Sequence record: OW849299.1
DNA: 64,000 bases
Reading direction: 5' to 3' (one strand)
Origin: a plasmid
In this document: positions 19,821-28,855 of the stretch, piece by piece
Layout: each line of letters opens with the position of its first letter
Numbering within the stretch: the first letter of the stretch is position 1
Program-made: the position numbers and the translations under genes
Notes under the pieces: model-generated
The model's database searches: none
The model's input: only the letters and a program-made list of their open reading frames with translations
What the model was told of the DNA's origin: nothing

Positions 19821-20174
19821 GTGAATGGTATGGAATATGAAGCGTACAAGGTTCGCGGCTACGGCTTCGGACTGAAGAAAGAGATCACCGGCGTGCTGGG
19901 TCGTTACCCCACGCAGGAAGAGGCGCAGAAGGTCGCGGACGACTACACGCAGGCCTGCCTGCCGGATAACCTGCCGGACAGCTACGATATGGGCATGGTC
20001 CGGCCGGTCGCTGCCGGCGAACCTGCCGCCCTCGATACGGACGTTTTTCGCGGTCCGGGCGCGCCGTTCATGATGGATGCCGGCCAGCTAAGCACAGGTC
20101 AAACCGTATGCCTGGGCAAAGCGGCGGATGGAAAACGGTTTTATGTCGGCGGGGAGCATTCCGGTGGCCAGTGA
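19821..20174 (+). CDS. Hypothetical protein (117 aa).
   Basis: ORF preceded by an AT-rich promoter-like region. No recognisable domain. Confidence 0.4.
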   Translation: MNGMEYEAYKVRGYGFGLKKEITGVLGRYPTQEEAQKVADDYTQACLPDNLPDSYDMGMVRPVAAGEPAALDTDVFRGPGAPFMMDAGQLSTGQTVCLGKAADGKRFYVGGEHSGGQ

Positions 20175-20198
20175 ACAATGTTTAACAGAGAGGGGGTT

Positions 20199-20357
20199 AT
20201 GATGCGTCAGGGGGTGATTTCTGCCGTTATATATTTACTGCTGGCAATGCTGGTCATGATCTACATGCCGGAGGGTTACTCCGCGATTAGCTGGGCCATA
20301 GGCGCGGTTGTGGTTGTGACGCTGATTTATATTCGTGCCCGTAAAGGAGAGGATTGA
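20199..20357 (+). CDS. Small hydrophobic membrane peptide (52 aa), translationally coupled to the next gene through a TGATG overlap.
   Basis: MMRQGVISAVIYLLLAMLVMIYMP...AIGAVVVVTLIYIRARKGED. Not in the ORF track because it is shorter than 60 aa. Confidence 0.4.
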   Translation: MMRQGVISAVIYLLLAMLVMIYMPEGYSAISWAIGAVVVVTLIYIRARKGED

Positions 20358-20941
20358 TGGCCACCAAGCATATTAATGACGAGCTCTGGCATCGTATTGA
20401 AGTTCTGACCGTCCGGGCAAATGCCAGGCAAAACCTGATCCGCCCGGTCAAAGAAGCGGACGTGCTTCATCTGGTTCTGCAGCGTGGCCTGGAGCTGCTT
20501 ACAGACGACGATCTGCTGCAGCTGGGCAAGTACCGCCGGCCCATAGGATTTGTGCTGCGTCGGCCGGGCATGGAGATGCTGAAGCTGGACACACTGAGTA
20601 TGGCTGACGCTGCTACTATCCTCATGCGCAGCGGACCGGCAACGCTGTGCATCTGGAGTCGTGACGATATCCTGCGGCAGGCCAGTGAAGCGGTGATCCG
20701 CGAACGGCTACCGGAAATGGCCCTGCTGTCGGAGGGGGATGACCGGGCCCGGTTCCAGACGCTGCTGCCTGGCGTCTGGAATGCCGCGAACCGGGGCGAA
20801 ACGGCCGTGATTTCCCTGCGTGCTGACAATGCGGATCTCGCTATTGCACGCATCACTGACCTGATGTGCGAATCCCTGCTGGGTTATAAGGGGCAGCGGG
20901 CATACCGGGCAGGTGAAAACGAACAGGGAGAAGAGTCATGA
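20357..20941 (+). CDS. Hypothetical protein (about 194 aa).
   Basis: ORF with ATG at 20357 directly after the TTG listed in the track. No recognisable domain. Confidence 0.45.
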   Translation: MATKHINDELWHRIEVLTVRANARQNLIRPVKEADVLHLVLQRGLELLTDDDLLQLGKYRRPIGFVLRRPGMEMLKLDTLSMADAATILMRSGPATLCIWSRDDILRQASEAVIRERLPEMALLSEGDDRARFQTLLPGVWNAANRGETAVISLRADNADLAIARITDLMCESLLGYKGQRAYRAGENEQGEES

Positions 20942-21246
20942 ACATGCGAGGCATTCTTTTTGTACTACTTCTGGGAGGTCCGGAGCAAAAACGTGCAGCA
21001 GCTGGACAGTCGTGCTGAGCTGACCGGAGATGAGATCAGTGCAATTCAGAAACTGGCCGCGGACAGTTCTCGGACCGACATTTGATGAAATGAATAAGGA
21101 TATACAAAAGGAGCCCAACTGGTGAGGAAGGGCTCCTTTTAATTACTAGACGTTTTTACTACTTAACTTTCTGTCGGAGTAAACGGAAAATTAATTTGTT
21201 AATCACTGTCAGTATAAGTACCCGATAAACGTGGTGCAACTCCGTA

Positions 21247-21792
21247 TCAGAAATTACCGCCAGTGCTTGAATCCAGCGCCCTGAACAGGGCTTCATGAGC
21301 GGCATCCAGAAGGCGTCCAGGCAGAAGGACATCATTCACGCGGTAACTCTGACCGTTCTGTGTGGTCACGGTGAGGTAATATTGATCGTCAAACTGCCTA
21401 TCGGCACCGATATGCACAATGTTGGACGTGTCGATCCAGCACAGGTTTGTGCCTTCCACAGGATGAAGAGGTTTGATTCGGCCTTTCAGCCATTTCTGCG
21501 GGCGTCCCGGCCAGGATTTAATGGTAATGCCGTGCTTATAGTCGCGGGTTCTGGCCACAAAGGCCGCTACTTTATCTTCATCCATCTCTTTTGCTGAGGT
21601 GTTCTCCTTGAAGTAGTACGGATTGAGGTTGTATTGCAGCTCTTCAAATAGCTTCATATACGTCACCTGATCATCCAGGCTTTCCCCCTGATTTTTCAGG
21701 CTGCTGCCCCAAACTTCTTCCAGATTGGCTTTCAGCGCCAGCGTGACCGCCTCAAATTCTTCCTGATGTTTATCGTAGTAGTTGATATCCAT
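21247..21792 (-). CDS. Hypothetical protein (181 aa from MDINYYDKHQEEF).
   Basis: AGGAG Shine-Dalgarno 7 nt upstream of ATG 21792. A lone minus-strand gene with no recognisable domain. Confidence 0.45.
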   Translation of the reverse strand: MDINYYDKHQEEFEAVTLALKANLEEVWGSSLKNQGESLDDQVTYMKLFEELQYNLNPYYFKENTSAKEMDEDKVAAFVARTRDYKHGITIKSWPGRPQKWLKGRIKPLHPVEGTNLCWIDTSNIVHIGADRQFDDQYYLTVTTQNGQSYRVNDVLLPGRLLDAAHEALFRALDSSTGGNF

Positions 21793-21932
21793 CGCGTCTC
21801 CTGTTGTGTTTATGGCGAATTTGCGGAAATAATATACATAAAAAATGTTCAAATATGAACATTTTCAGGCTATAAATACAGGCAGATTATAACAGGCCAG
21901 TCCACCAGGATTCGGCCAGGAGCTGAGTACGC

Positions 21933-22394
21933 ATGATAAAGAAACCACTTATTGCCGGCATCATGCTGGTTGTGGCGCACACCGCCGGCGCTGCGCAGGT
22001 TGATGATACCAATCTGCAGCAGATTTATACCGAGGCGGGCATTCAGGGTATATGCAGCGCCGGGATGCTGGCTGTGCCGGAAGGGGCCAGAGATGAAGTT
22101 GTCCCGCAGAACGTCAGACACCTCCTGGTTCAGTGTGCCTATTTCGACGAGCAGCAGTTGCGCCGGCGTGCCGGCCTTCCGGCTCAGACATTTAGCCACT
22201 GGCGTGACCGCAATGCGGTCCTTAATCTGTCGTCTGACCAGGTATCTGATGCGCTCTGGCTGTCAGCGTGGCGTGATTTCCGGGCACAACTGGCCTCGGC
22301 CTACCCGGCCCCGGCGGAAAAAAAGGCACAGGGGAAAGAGGCCGTACCCGCCGGCACGAAGCCCGGCACTGAGCATGGGAGTGCGGCGGATTGA
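21933..22394 (+). CDS. Secreted/periplasmic protein (153 aa), first gene of a five-gene overlapping operon.
   Basis: Signal peptide MIKKPLIAGIMLVVAHTAGAAQ. Confidence 0.5.
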   Translation: MIKKPLIAGIMLVVAHTAGAAQVDDTNLQQIYTEAGIQGICSAGMLAVPEGARDEVVPQNVRHLLVQCAYFDEQQLRRRAGLPAQTFSHWRDRNAVLNLSSDQVSDALWLSAWRDFRAQLASAYPAPAEKKAQGKEAVPAGTKPGTEHGSAAD

Positions 22395-22639
22395 CCGGCT
22401 TTGACTTGATCCTGTGGCGACGGGGCCTGAACTGGACCCAGGAACGCGCCGCGGCTGAGCTCGGTATCAGCCGTACCAGCCTGGTAAAATATGAGGACGG
22501 TGAGACAGTACCCCGGACCATACAACTTGCCACCGTCGCGCTGACGCTGAAAGCGGAATGGCCCACCCTGAAAACCATGAGCAAAGACAGGCTGCTGCGG
22601 CAGCTGAAGTATGAAGTGCTGAGGATCGATAATGAATGA
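22391..22639 (+). CDS. XRE-family HTH regulator (82 aa).
   Basis: LNWTQERAAAELGISRTSLVKYEDGETVP is an HTH_XRE motif. ATGA overlap with the upstream gene. Confidence 0.65.
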   Translation: MTGFDLILWRRGLNWTQERAAAELGISRTSLVKYEDGETVPRTIQLATVALTLKAEWPTLKTMSKDRLLRQLKYEVLRIDNE

Positions 22640-23219
22640 GTCCATCCATGTTGTCGGCTCTTTTATCCTTGCGGGTATCCTGCTGTATGGCCTCTGGCAG
22701 GGTACACGGCGACGCCGGCGCCGGCACGAACGGAAACAGGCCAGCGCGGTACGTGTGATCGATAAAATTAATACGTTTCCGCATTTCGGGCAGAAAATTG
22801 CCTATCTGCGCAAGATTGACCCGTTTGTGTTCGAAGAGCTGCTGCTTGAAGGCTTTGAACGCCGGGGCTTTGAAGTGATCCGTAACCGCCGGTATACCGG
22901 TGACGGCGGGATTGATGGCCGTGTGAAGATTGATGGCCAGACCTGGCTTATCCAGGCCAAACGCTATACCAGCTATATTGCCGTTGGCCACGTCCGTGAC
23001 TTCAGCGACCTGCTGAACGCCACCGGTGCCCGCGGTTTTTTCTGCCATACCGGCAAAACGCGCGAAGGCACCAAATCGCTCATTCGCGGAGACAGCCGCA
23101 TGATCCTGGTCAGTGGCCAGAAGCTGCTAGACCTTATTGCCACCGATGCGCCGTTTATCCCGTATCCGGGATACCGGCCACCGACCGAAATGGTTCATCC
23201 TGAACAGGAGACAACATGA
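22632..23219 (+). CDS. Membrane-anchored Mrr-cat (PD-(D/E)xK restriction-endonuclease-like) domain protein.
   Basis: N-terminal transmembrane segment VVGSFILAGILLYGLW. FVFEELLLEGFERRGFEV...GDGGIDG...WLIQAKRY matches the Mrr N-terminal catalytic fold. Confidence 0.65.
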   Translation: MNESIHVVGSFILAGILLYGLWQGTRRRRRRHERKQASAVRVIDKINTFPHFGQKIAYLRKIDPFVFEELLLEGFERRGFEVIRNRRYTGDGGIDGRVKIDGQTWLIQAKRYTSYIAVGHVRDFSDLLNATGARGFFCHTGKTREGTKSLIRGDSRMILVSGQKLLDLIATDAPFIPYPGYRPPTEMVHPEQETT

Positions 23220-23701
23220 AATTCAAAGGATACGTCGCCGCCCTGCCGGCACTGCTGCTGACAGGGTGCGCCATGCTCCCCGGACAGCCCACCGATTATG
23301 ACCGCTTCTGTAACGTCTCAGGCATCGCCAGCCACGGCGAAACCTACCGTGTCAGTGACAGCCAGGATTTCTGGTTAACCCCGAACGGCCGCTATCTCAG
23401 CCAGGCTGAGTACAGCAGTCCGGCAGATACGCTTCAGAAACTGACGGGCGTGGTCAGTGGTGAAGATCCTGACCAGGTGCGGAAGAACGCCGTCAGGGTA
23501 AGGGTGTTCCGCGTCGAGAGTGAAAACAGCCATAAAGGTGCGTGCCTGCCTGTGCGTTATGACGATAATGGCGCACAGCGTAAAATGGATTCACTGACTA
23601 ACGGCCGCCGTATGGTGGTATTCAGTGAAGATGAAGGTCAGTCTGGTCAGCAGATTTACAACAAAAGTCGTGGTACAGGATTCAGTTACAGGTTGTTATG
23701 A
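23216..23701 (+). CDS. Lipoprotein (161 aa).
   Basis: Lipobox LLLTGC. Confidence 0.5.
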   Translation: MKFKGYVAALPALLLTGCAMLPGQPTDYDRFCNVSGIASHGETYRVSDSQDFWLTPNGRYLSQAEYSSPADTLQKLTGVVSGEDPDQVRKNAVRVRVFRVESENSHKGACLPVRYDDNGAQRKMDSLTNGRRMVVFSEDEGQSGQQIYNKSRGTGFSYRLL

Positions 23702-23946
23702 GTGGATTGAAAGGCCGCCGAATCAGCGCGGATATGTTTGCTATGATGTTAAAAGTATCTGCCGGGCAGCTGGTTTTTGCAGCCCGGCATGACAAGCCTT
23801 TACGCGGACTGACCCTACCCCCTTACAGAATCGAAGGCGGGAAAAGCTGGAGCTCGACCGCCTCCACCCGCAGTATGACGTTTGATATGCAGGATGCGGT
23901 CGAATTCAGCGAGAAATTTCATAAAATTCAGTCGCCTGACGGCTGA
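23698..23946 (+). CDS. Hypothetical protein (82 aa), last gene of the operon.
   Basis: ATGA overlap with the upstream lipoprotein gene. Confidence 0.35.
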   Translation: MSGLKGRRISADMFAMMLKVSAGQLVFAARHDKPLRGLTLPPYRIEGGKSWSSTASTRSMTFDMQDAVEFSEKFHKIQSPDG

Positions 23947-23964
23947 TTAGCGGATTTTAAAAAA

Positions 23965-24705
23965 TTGAACACTTTCCCCCTGCAAATTTCCCAGAATTCA
24001 CGTAGCGACGCCATCGGGACCGGGCGCGTGACATATGCCTACTTCGATTATGCCGATGCGCTGGCGCTGCGGGAGATGGCCAGCCAGGCTGATTTACCCA
24101 AATACCTGCTGGCCCCGGAGGTGTCGGTGTTTCTGCGGTATGTGCCAGACCTGCGCCAGCAGGTCCTTTTCGATACCCTCTGGAACACGGGCGCGCGTAT
24201 TAATGAGGCGCTGGCGCTGACCGGCGCCAGCTTTCAGCTTGACGGTTCCCGGCCGTTTGTCCGGCTGAAGACGCTTAAACAGCGTCAGCGTGGCCGCGGC
24301 AGGCCGGGCAAGGATGAAGAGGTGTTCCGTCTTGTTCCTCTGACCGATCCTCAATATGTCAGGAAGGTGCGTGAATTTCTGACCACCCTGCGTATTGGTA
24401 AACAGCAGCTGCTCTGGCCGGTGCAGAGTGATAACACGCCGCGTAACTGGATCAGGAAGGCACTGGACCTCGCAAAACGTGACTCTGTCACTTTTAGTAT
24501 CCCTGTTACCTGCCACACGTTCCGTCACAGCTTCTGTATGCACCTGATCCAGCATGGGGTTCCGCTGAAAGTTGTACAGGCTTATGCCGGGCATTCCCGG
24601 CTGGAAACCACAGAAACCTACACGCGCGTGTTTGCGCTCGATGTTGGTCGTCAGTATGGCGTCCGATTCAGCCTGCCAGACAGTCATTTAACGCTCCCGG
24701 AATAA
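23965..24705 (+). CDS. Tyrosine site-specific recombinase (XerD/ResD-like multimer resolution). The start is uncertain: TTG at 23965 or ATG at 24076.
   Basis: C-terminal catalytic residues CHTFRHSFCMHLIQHGVPLKVVQAYAGHSRLETTETYTRVF, the R..H..R..Y pattern. Confidence 0.75.
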   Translation: MNTFPLQISQNSRSDAIGTGRVTYAYFDYADALALREMASQADLPKYLLAPEVSVFLRYVPDLRQQVLFDTLWNTGARINEALALTGASFQLDGSRPFVRLKTLKQRQRGRGRPGKDEEVFRLVPLTDPQYVRKVREFLTTLRIGKQQLLWPVQSDNTPRNWIRKALDLAKRDSVTFSIPVTCHTFRHSFCMHLIQHGVPLKVVQAYAGHSRLETTETYTRVFALDVGRQYGVRFSLPDSHLTLPE

Positions 24706-24762
24706 TCTGTATCCCTCCCTGATATTTCCGTATAAATCTAAATAAATCCCTTTTCTTTCTAT

Positions 24763-24810
24763 GTCAGACCGTTTTCAGGACGGTCTGACCGTCTTTTGTT
24801 GATTTTTATT
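24763..24810 (+). terminator. Perfect 10-bp-arm palindrome followed by a T-rich run. Terminator and/or res-site component after the recombinase gene.
   Basis: gtcagaccgt-tttcagg-acggtctgac. Confidence 0.4.
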
Positions 24811-24945
24811 CGGTATTTTTCTGTATTTTTCTATATTGGTGCATCTTTTTGTCTTTACACGTCAGCAGAGATGCGTAATAATCCATTTGAAAGCTGTATT
24901 TTTCCTGATTTCTACGGTTTTTTTCTAAATAATGTGAGGTTCAAA

Positions 24946-25920
24946 ATGCGTATTTTTGTTGATGACGGTTCCACCAACATCAAACTGGCCTGGATGGAAG
25001 AAGGCGCAGTGAAAACGTTGATCAGTCCGAACAGCTTCAAGCCCGAATGGTCCATGACATTGCTGACAGATTCATCGGTGCCGGCTTCCGCCAACTATGA
25101 AATTGACGGGGAAAAGTACAGCTTTGACCAGCTGAGCCCGGATGCCGTGCGCACCACGGAAACACGCTATCAGTACAGTGATGTGAATGTCGTCGCTATC
25201 CACCATGCCCTGATGCAGTCTGGCATTGAACCGCAGCCGGTTGATGTTGTGGTGACGCTGCCGCTGGGCGAGTACCTGGATGAAAACGATCAGCCTAATA
25301 TGGCCAACATCGAGCGGAAAAAAGCGAACGTGAAGCGCGCGGTGGCCGTTCAGGGGCGTGAGAGCTTTACCGTGCGTAAAGTCAGCGTACTGCCAGAGTC
25401 GGTCCCTGCAGGCTTCAGTGTGCTGAAGGATCTGGACGATCTGGACTCCCTGCTGATTGTGGATATCGGTGGAACCACGCTGGATATCGCGCACGTTCGC
25501 AGCAAAATGTCCGGATTCACCAAGACGCATTGCGATCCTAAAACCGGCGTATCCATCATCACCGAAGCCGTAAAACATGCACTGGATACCAGTGTGAGCA
25601 CCCGTACCAGTTCGTATTTTGCCGACCGTCTGATCCAGGCGCGAAATGACGAAACGTTTCTTTCCCGTTACCTCCAGAATGCTGACCAGCGGGCCCAGGT
25701 GATGAAGGTACTGCATGAGCGGGAAAAAGCCCTGACGCACCGTGTCACCGATTCAGTTGGCCGCTTTGCCGGCTTCACGCACGTCATGGTTGTCGGTGGC
25801 GGTGCCAGCCTGGTCGCCGGCGCAGTGAAGCAGGCCACGGGGGTGAGTGACGATCGTTTCTTCGTCAGTGATAACCCGCAATTCGATCTGGTTCTGGGTA
25901 TGGTGGCAATGAAGGGCTGA
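24946..25920 (+). CDS. parM: ParM/StbA actin-like plasmid segregation ATPase.
   Basis: MRIFVDDGSTNIKLAWMEEG...ISPNSFK matches the ParM start MLVFIDDGSTNIKLQW...ISPNSFK. Confidence 0.9.
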   Translation: MRIFVDDGSTNIKLAWMEEGAVKTLISPNSFKPEWSMTLLTDSSVPASANYEIDGEKYSFDQLSPDAVRTTETRYQYSDVNVVAIHHALMQSGIEPQPVDVVVTLPLGEYLDENDQPNMANIERKKANVKRAVAVQGRESFTVRKVSVLPESVPAGFSVLKDLDDLDSLLIVDIGGTTLDIAHVRSKMSGFTKTHCDPKTGVSIITEAVKHALDTSVSTRTSSYFADRLIQARNDETFLSRYLQNADQRAQVMKVLHEREKALTHRVTDSVGRFAGFTHVMVVGGGASLVAGAVKQATGVSDDRFFVSDNPQFDLVLGMVAMKG

Positions 25921-25922
25921 GT

Positions 25923-26366
25923 ATGACTGATAACCGTAAGTGCTCGTTTTATATCTACCCGGAGCGCAATGCGGCGGACCGGGTAGCCGACGGCTTTCTT
26001 GAGAAACTGCCTCAGAAAGAGCGTGGCCGCGCGATGCGCGCCATGATGCTCTGTGGTGCCGCGTTGATGAAGCAGGACGAACGCCTGCCGTTCCTGATCG
26101 CTGAATTCCTGACGGAGAGCACCACGATGCAGGATATTCAGCGGATCATCAGCAGTACGCTGCCGCAGCAGGATACAGGAGAAATGGCGCGTCTGGTTGA
26201 GGCGTTTCTGCAGGCCACCGGCGGTGGCAGCAATACGGTGTCGCCGGCAGGCGGCGCTGCGCCGGAAAACAGTCCCGCCGTGGCTCCCGAACCGGCAGCA
26301 CCGGAGGATAAGAATCTGGAAGAAACCCGTAAGAACGTCCAGCATCTGTTCCCGGATGATGATTAA
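25923..26366 (+). CDS. parR: ParR/StbB centromere-binding adaptor.
   Basis: 147 aa immediately downstream of parM, with an acidic C-terminus. Confidence 0.7.
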   Translation: MTDNRKCSFYIYPERNAADRVADGFLEKLPQKERGRAMRAMMLCGAALMKQDERLPFLIAEFLTESTTMQDIQRIISSTLPQQDTGEMARLVEAFLQATGGGSNTVSPAGGAAPENSPAVAPEPAAPEDKNLEETRKNVQHLFPDDD

Positions 26367-26375
26367 GGGGGCTGC

Positions 26376-26939
26376 GTGAAAAAATATGTGCTGTTAACCC
26401 TGACCCTCATCGCCGGCGCCGTGGCAGCAAACCCGGTAACAGCGGCCGGCAATATTGCCGGCGATGTCCAGGCGCAAGCTGCGACTGAAGTGAAAACCGG
26501 GTTTTCACCCGGCGGGACCGCATTAAATCTGGTTCTGGATTCAATCGACCACGCGCAGCATGAGATTCTGGTTGCCGCGTACAGCCTGACCAGTCGTCCT
26601 GTTGCCGGCGCGTTGCGTGCCGCAAAAAAACGGGGCGTATCGGTGGTGGTGGTGGCCGATCGCAAAGCGAACGACAACCGGTACACCGAAGTGAACTTTC
26701 TGGCCAATAACCGCGTGGCGGTGCGGATCAACGATAACTACGAGGCCATGCATGATAAATTCATGGTCTTTGACCGCCGCGCCGTATTGACCGGCTCGTT
26801 TAACTTCAGCGCCAGCGCAGACAGTCGTAATGCGGAAAATGTGGTGCTGATCAGCGGCGCGCCTGCAGTAACTGAAGCCTACGTGAACGAGTTTTCCCGT
26901 TTATGGGACGAAGGAAAGGACGTGGCTCCACGGTACTGA
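26376..26939 (+). CDS. nuc: Phospholipase-D-family periplasmic endonuclease (Nuc-like).
   Basis: Signal peptide, and HxK motif context HDKFMVFD...GSFNFS. Confidence 0.8.
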   Translation: MKKYVLLTLTLIAGAVAANPVTAAGNIAGDVQAQAATEVKTGFSPGGTALNLVLDSIDHAQHEILVAAYSLTSRPVAGALRAAKKRGVSVVVVADRKANDNRYTEVNFLANNRVAVRINDNYEAMHDKFMVFDRRAVLTGSFNFSASADSRNAENVVLISGAPAVTEAYVNEFSRLWDEGKDVAPRY

Positions 26940-26948
26940 CCTACAGCA

Positions 26949-26976
26949 GCGGCAGAAACTCTGCCGCCTGATTTTT
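26949..26976 (+). terminator. Terminator after nuc.
   Basis: gcggcag-aaact-ctgccgc followed by ctgattttt. Confidence 0.5.
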
Positions 26977-26979
26977 AAC

Positions 26980-27056
26980 TTGATTTATATGGCTCATTCG
27001 TCGTATTATCAAGGCTCATTTTTCGGTAGCGCCCCGACTGGCGAAGGAGTAAAACC
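26980..27056 (+). promoter_or_regulatory. CUP-like promoter/5'UTR cassette, copy A (degenerate). It drives the 168-aa ORF and the tandem-HTH regulator.
   Basis: TTGATTtatATGGCTCATTcGtCGTATtAT ... cggtagcgccccgactggcgaaggagt + 6 nt + ATG. Confidence 0.55.
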
Positions 27057-27563
27057 ATGCAATCATTCCCCCTGTTCGTTTCCCGTGTCGTTCCTGTGAT
27101 CACCCTGAGCCATTGTCTGCGGCAGCGGCGCTGGTCCCTGCACAACACGCCATGCCAGATTGACCTGAGATCAGGTTGTCACCTGCGCTCACAGCCTTTC
27201 GGCACGCTATCCAGACGGGAAATAAGCGACCGGCCACCGGCTATGCCCCGCGGTTACTGGTTCAGGCAATGCAGCCGGGATGTCATGTTTACGGGGCGCA
27301 TCGATCAGGCAGATCCTATGAAACAGGTCTATTACAACGAAGGCTGGAGCGGTCCGAACAAGTATACGTTTGAAGTTTATCAGCTGGAGAACGGGAGTTA
27401 CCGGGCGCTGGCCCGCAAATGGAATGGCAAAATCAACAAGGTGCAGCAGGAAACGCAGTACCTGTCTGACACGCGGGAGGGGCTGAAGCACCAGGACTAT
27501 CCCCGCACGCGCCAGGTGAAAATTTTTCTGAATTCAGACTTCTGGGAGAAGGGTAATGATTAA
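27057..27563 (+). CDS. Hypothetical protein. The start is positioned by the RBS cassette, but the N-terminal 85 aa have odd composition. An alternative start is ATG 27318, giving an 82-aa product.
   Basis: ATG lies 7 nt after the aggagt of the cassette. The 3' end overlaps the start of the next gene. Confidence 0.35.
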   Translation: MQSFPLFVSRVVPVITLSHCLRQRRWSLHNTPCQIDLRSGCHLRSQPFGTLSRREISDRPPAMPRGYWFRQCSRDVMFTGRIDQADPMKQVYYNEGWSGPNKYTFEVYQLENGSYRALARKWNGKINKVQQETQYLSDTREGLKHQDYPRTRQVKIFLNSDFWEKGND

Positions 27564-28035
27564 GATGGTTAGCGTCGTTCCGCAGCCGGAAACAGTGAAG
27601 ACGCTCCGGGAAAAAATGGGCATGACTGAAACCGCATTAGGGGCTGTCATGGGGTACGAACTGCGCGCCTGGCAGCGTAAGGAAGCTATCAGCGACGATC
27701 TCAGCCAGTACAACAAGACCAGTCTTCGCCCAGGCGAATATAACATGCTGATGCTGATCGCCGGCGTGCATCCTGATTACCGCCTGAACAGGGCATTCAG
27801 TCCTGATGATATGGTCAAAGATCCCGCCACGGCCGAAGACGTTCGCCGCCTGCGTCTGGCGCTGGGGCTGAAGCACGCTGAAATTGCAGCGCTGTTTGGC
27901 TATAAACCGGCGTCATGGCAGACCAAAGAAAAGGCTGCTCAGCGCGGCGTAAAGCTCAAGACCGGGGAATTCAATTTCCTGTTACTTCTGGCCGGTGAGC
28001 ATCCGTCACTGCAGCTGGTTGAGAAGGCGAAATAA
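27556..28035 (+). CDS. Tandem-HTH DNA-binding regulator (KorC-like). Candidate repressor of the repeated leading-region promoters.
   Basis: Two homologous ~70-aa halves, LREKMGMTETALGAVMGYELRAWQRKE and LRLALGLKHAEIAALFGYKPASWQTKE, each followed by ...LLIAG(V/E)HP. Confidence 0.6.
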   Translation: MIKMVSVVPQPETVKTLREKMGMTETALGAVMGYELRAWQRKEAISDDLSQYNKTSLRPGEYNMLMLIAGVHPDYRLNRAFSPDDMVKDPATAEDVRRLRLALGLKHAEIAALFGYKPASWQTKEKAAQRGVKLKTGEFNFLLLLAGEHPSLQLVEKAK

Positions 28036-28063
28036 GGCCCGCGGCGACCAGAGAGGACCCTTT

Positions 28064-28474
28064 ATGATCACCACACGCCGAATGTTAATGCTGTATGCCT
28101 GCCTTGTGCCCGTAGCCCTGACAGGGTGTGATCTGGCTGATTATTTCCCGAATGTGCCACAGCCCGTGCCCGTGATTTCGCCCGGCTATCAGGTTGATAT
28201 CGATGGCCACCCGGTCCGAATATCAGGATTTGATGACTGTCCGCGGGAAAAAGATGAAGCCCGGCACGCAGCTGCACAAGATGAGAAAGGCTGCATTGTG
28301 CTGTCTGCAGAGCGTTCCGAGGTGAAGGTCAGACTGTATCAGCCAGCCGGCGCCGTCACCGAAACCTGGCGGATCATCCGGGAAAAAGACGCTCGCCAGA
28401 ACGATATTATTCGCCTGCAGCGCCCGAACGGTGCGCTTGTGATGCAAAATTTACAGGGGAAAGAGTCTCCTTAA
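28064..28474 (+). CDS. Lipoprotein (136 aa).
   Basis: Lipobox VALTGC. Its 3' end (NLQGKESP*) is part of a motif repeated upstream of several CUP-like units. Confidence 0.5.
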   Translation: MITTRRMLMLYACLVPVALTGCDLADYFPNVPQPVPVISPGYQVDIDGHPVRISGFDDCPREKDEARHAAAQDEKGCIVLSAERSEVKVRLYQPAGAVTETWRIIREKDARQNDIIRLQRPNGALVMQNLQGKESP

Positions 28475-28497
28475 ACCAGGGAAATAACAAAATTAAC

Positions 28498-28591
28498 TTG
28501 ATTTATATGGCTCATTAGACGTATAATAATTACATCGAAAGGCAATCCGGTCTTTCGACGGTAGCGCCCCGACCGGCGCAGGAGTCACCTT
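28498..28591 (+). promoter_or_regulatory. CUP-like promoter/5'UTR cassette, copy B (complete).
   Basis: -35 TTGATT at 28498, invariant ATGGCTCATTAGACG spacer, -10 TATAAT at 28522, UTR hairpin tcgaaaggcaatccggtctttcga, cggtagcgccccgaccggcgcaggagt, ATG at 28592. Confidence 0.7.
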
Positions 28592-28855
28592 ATGACTGCT
28601 CTCAATTCTCAGCAACAGGCTGATGTTGCCCGCTATATCCGGGAACATGGCAATAAAACCGTTATTTCCCCTGAATGGTCACTTATTTATTTCTCGCTGT
28701 GTCAGTGTGAATTACATCAATCGCATGAAGCCATTATTTTTCATAATGGCCGACCTGCAGGGCTATTTATTCTGAATGAAACAGGCGAGCTCACCGAATT
28801 ATATCTGCTGGGGTCGCTTTCTGACATTCTCACCGCCGCTGCGGTCAACAAATAG
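28592..28855 (+). CDS. Hypothetical leading-region protein (87 aa).
   Basis: First ORF after cassette B. Confidence 0.5.
   Translation: MTALNSQQQADVARYIREHGNKTVISPEWSLIYFSLCQCELHQSHEAIIFHNGRPAGLFILNETGELTELYLLGSLSDILTAAAVNK

Noticed and set aside
27057-27320. The N-terminal 85 aa of the 168-aa ORF as real protein.
   Set aside because: Not fully rejected. The composition (Arg/Cys/Ser-rich) looks non-coding, so the true product may start at ATG 27318. The cassette-positioned ATG 27057 argues the other way, so it is recorded as low confidence.
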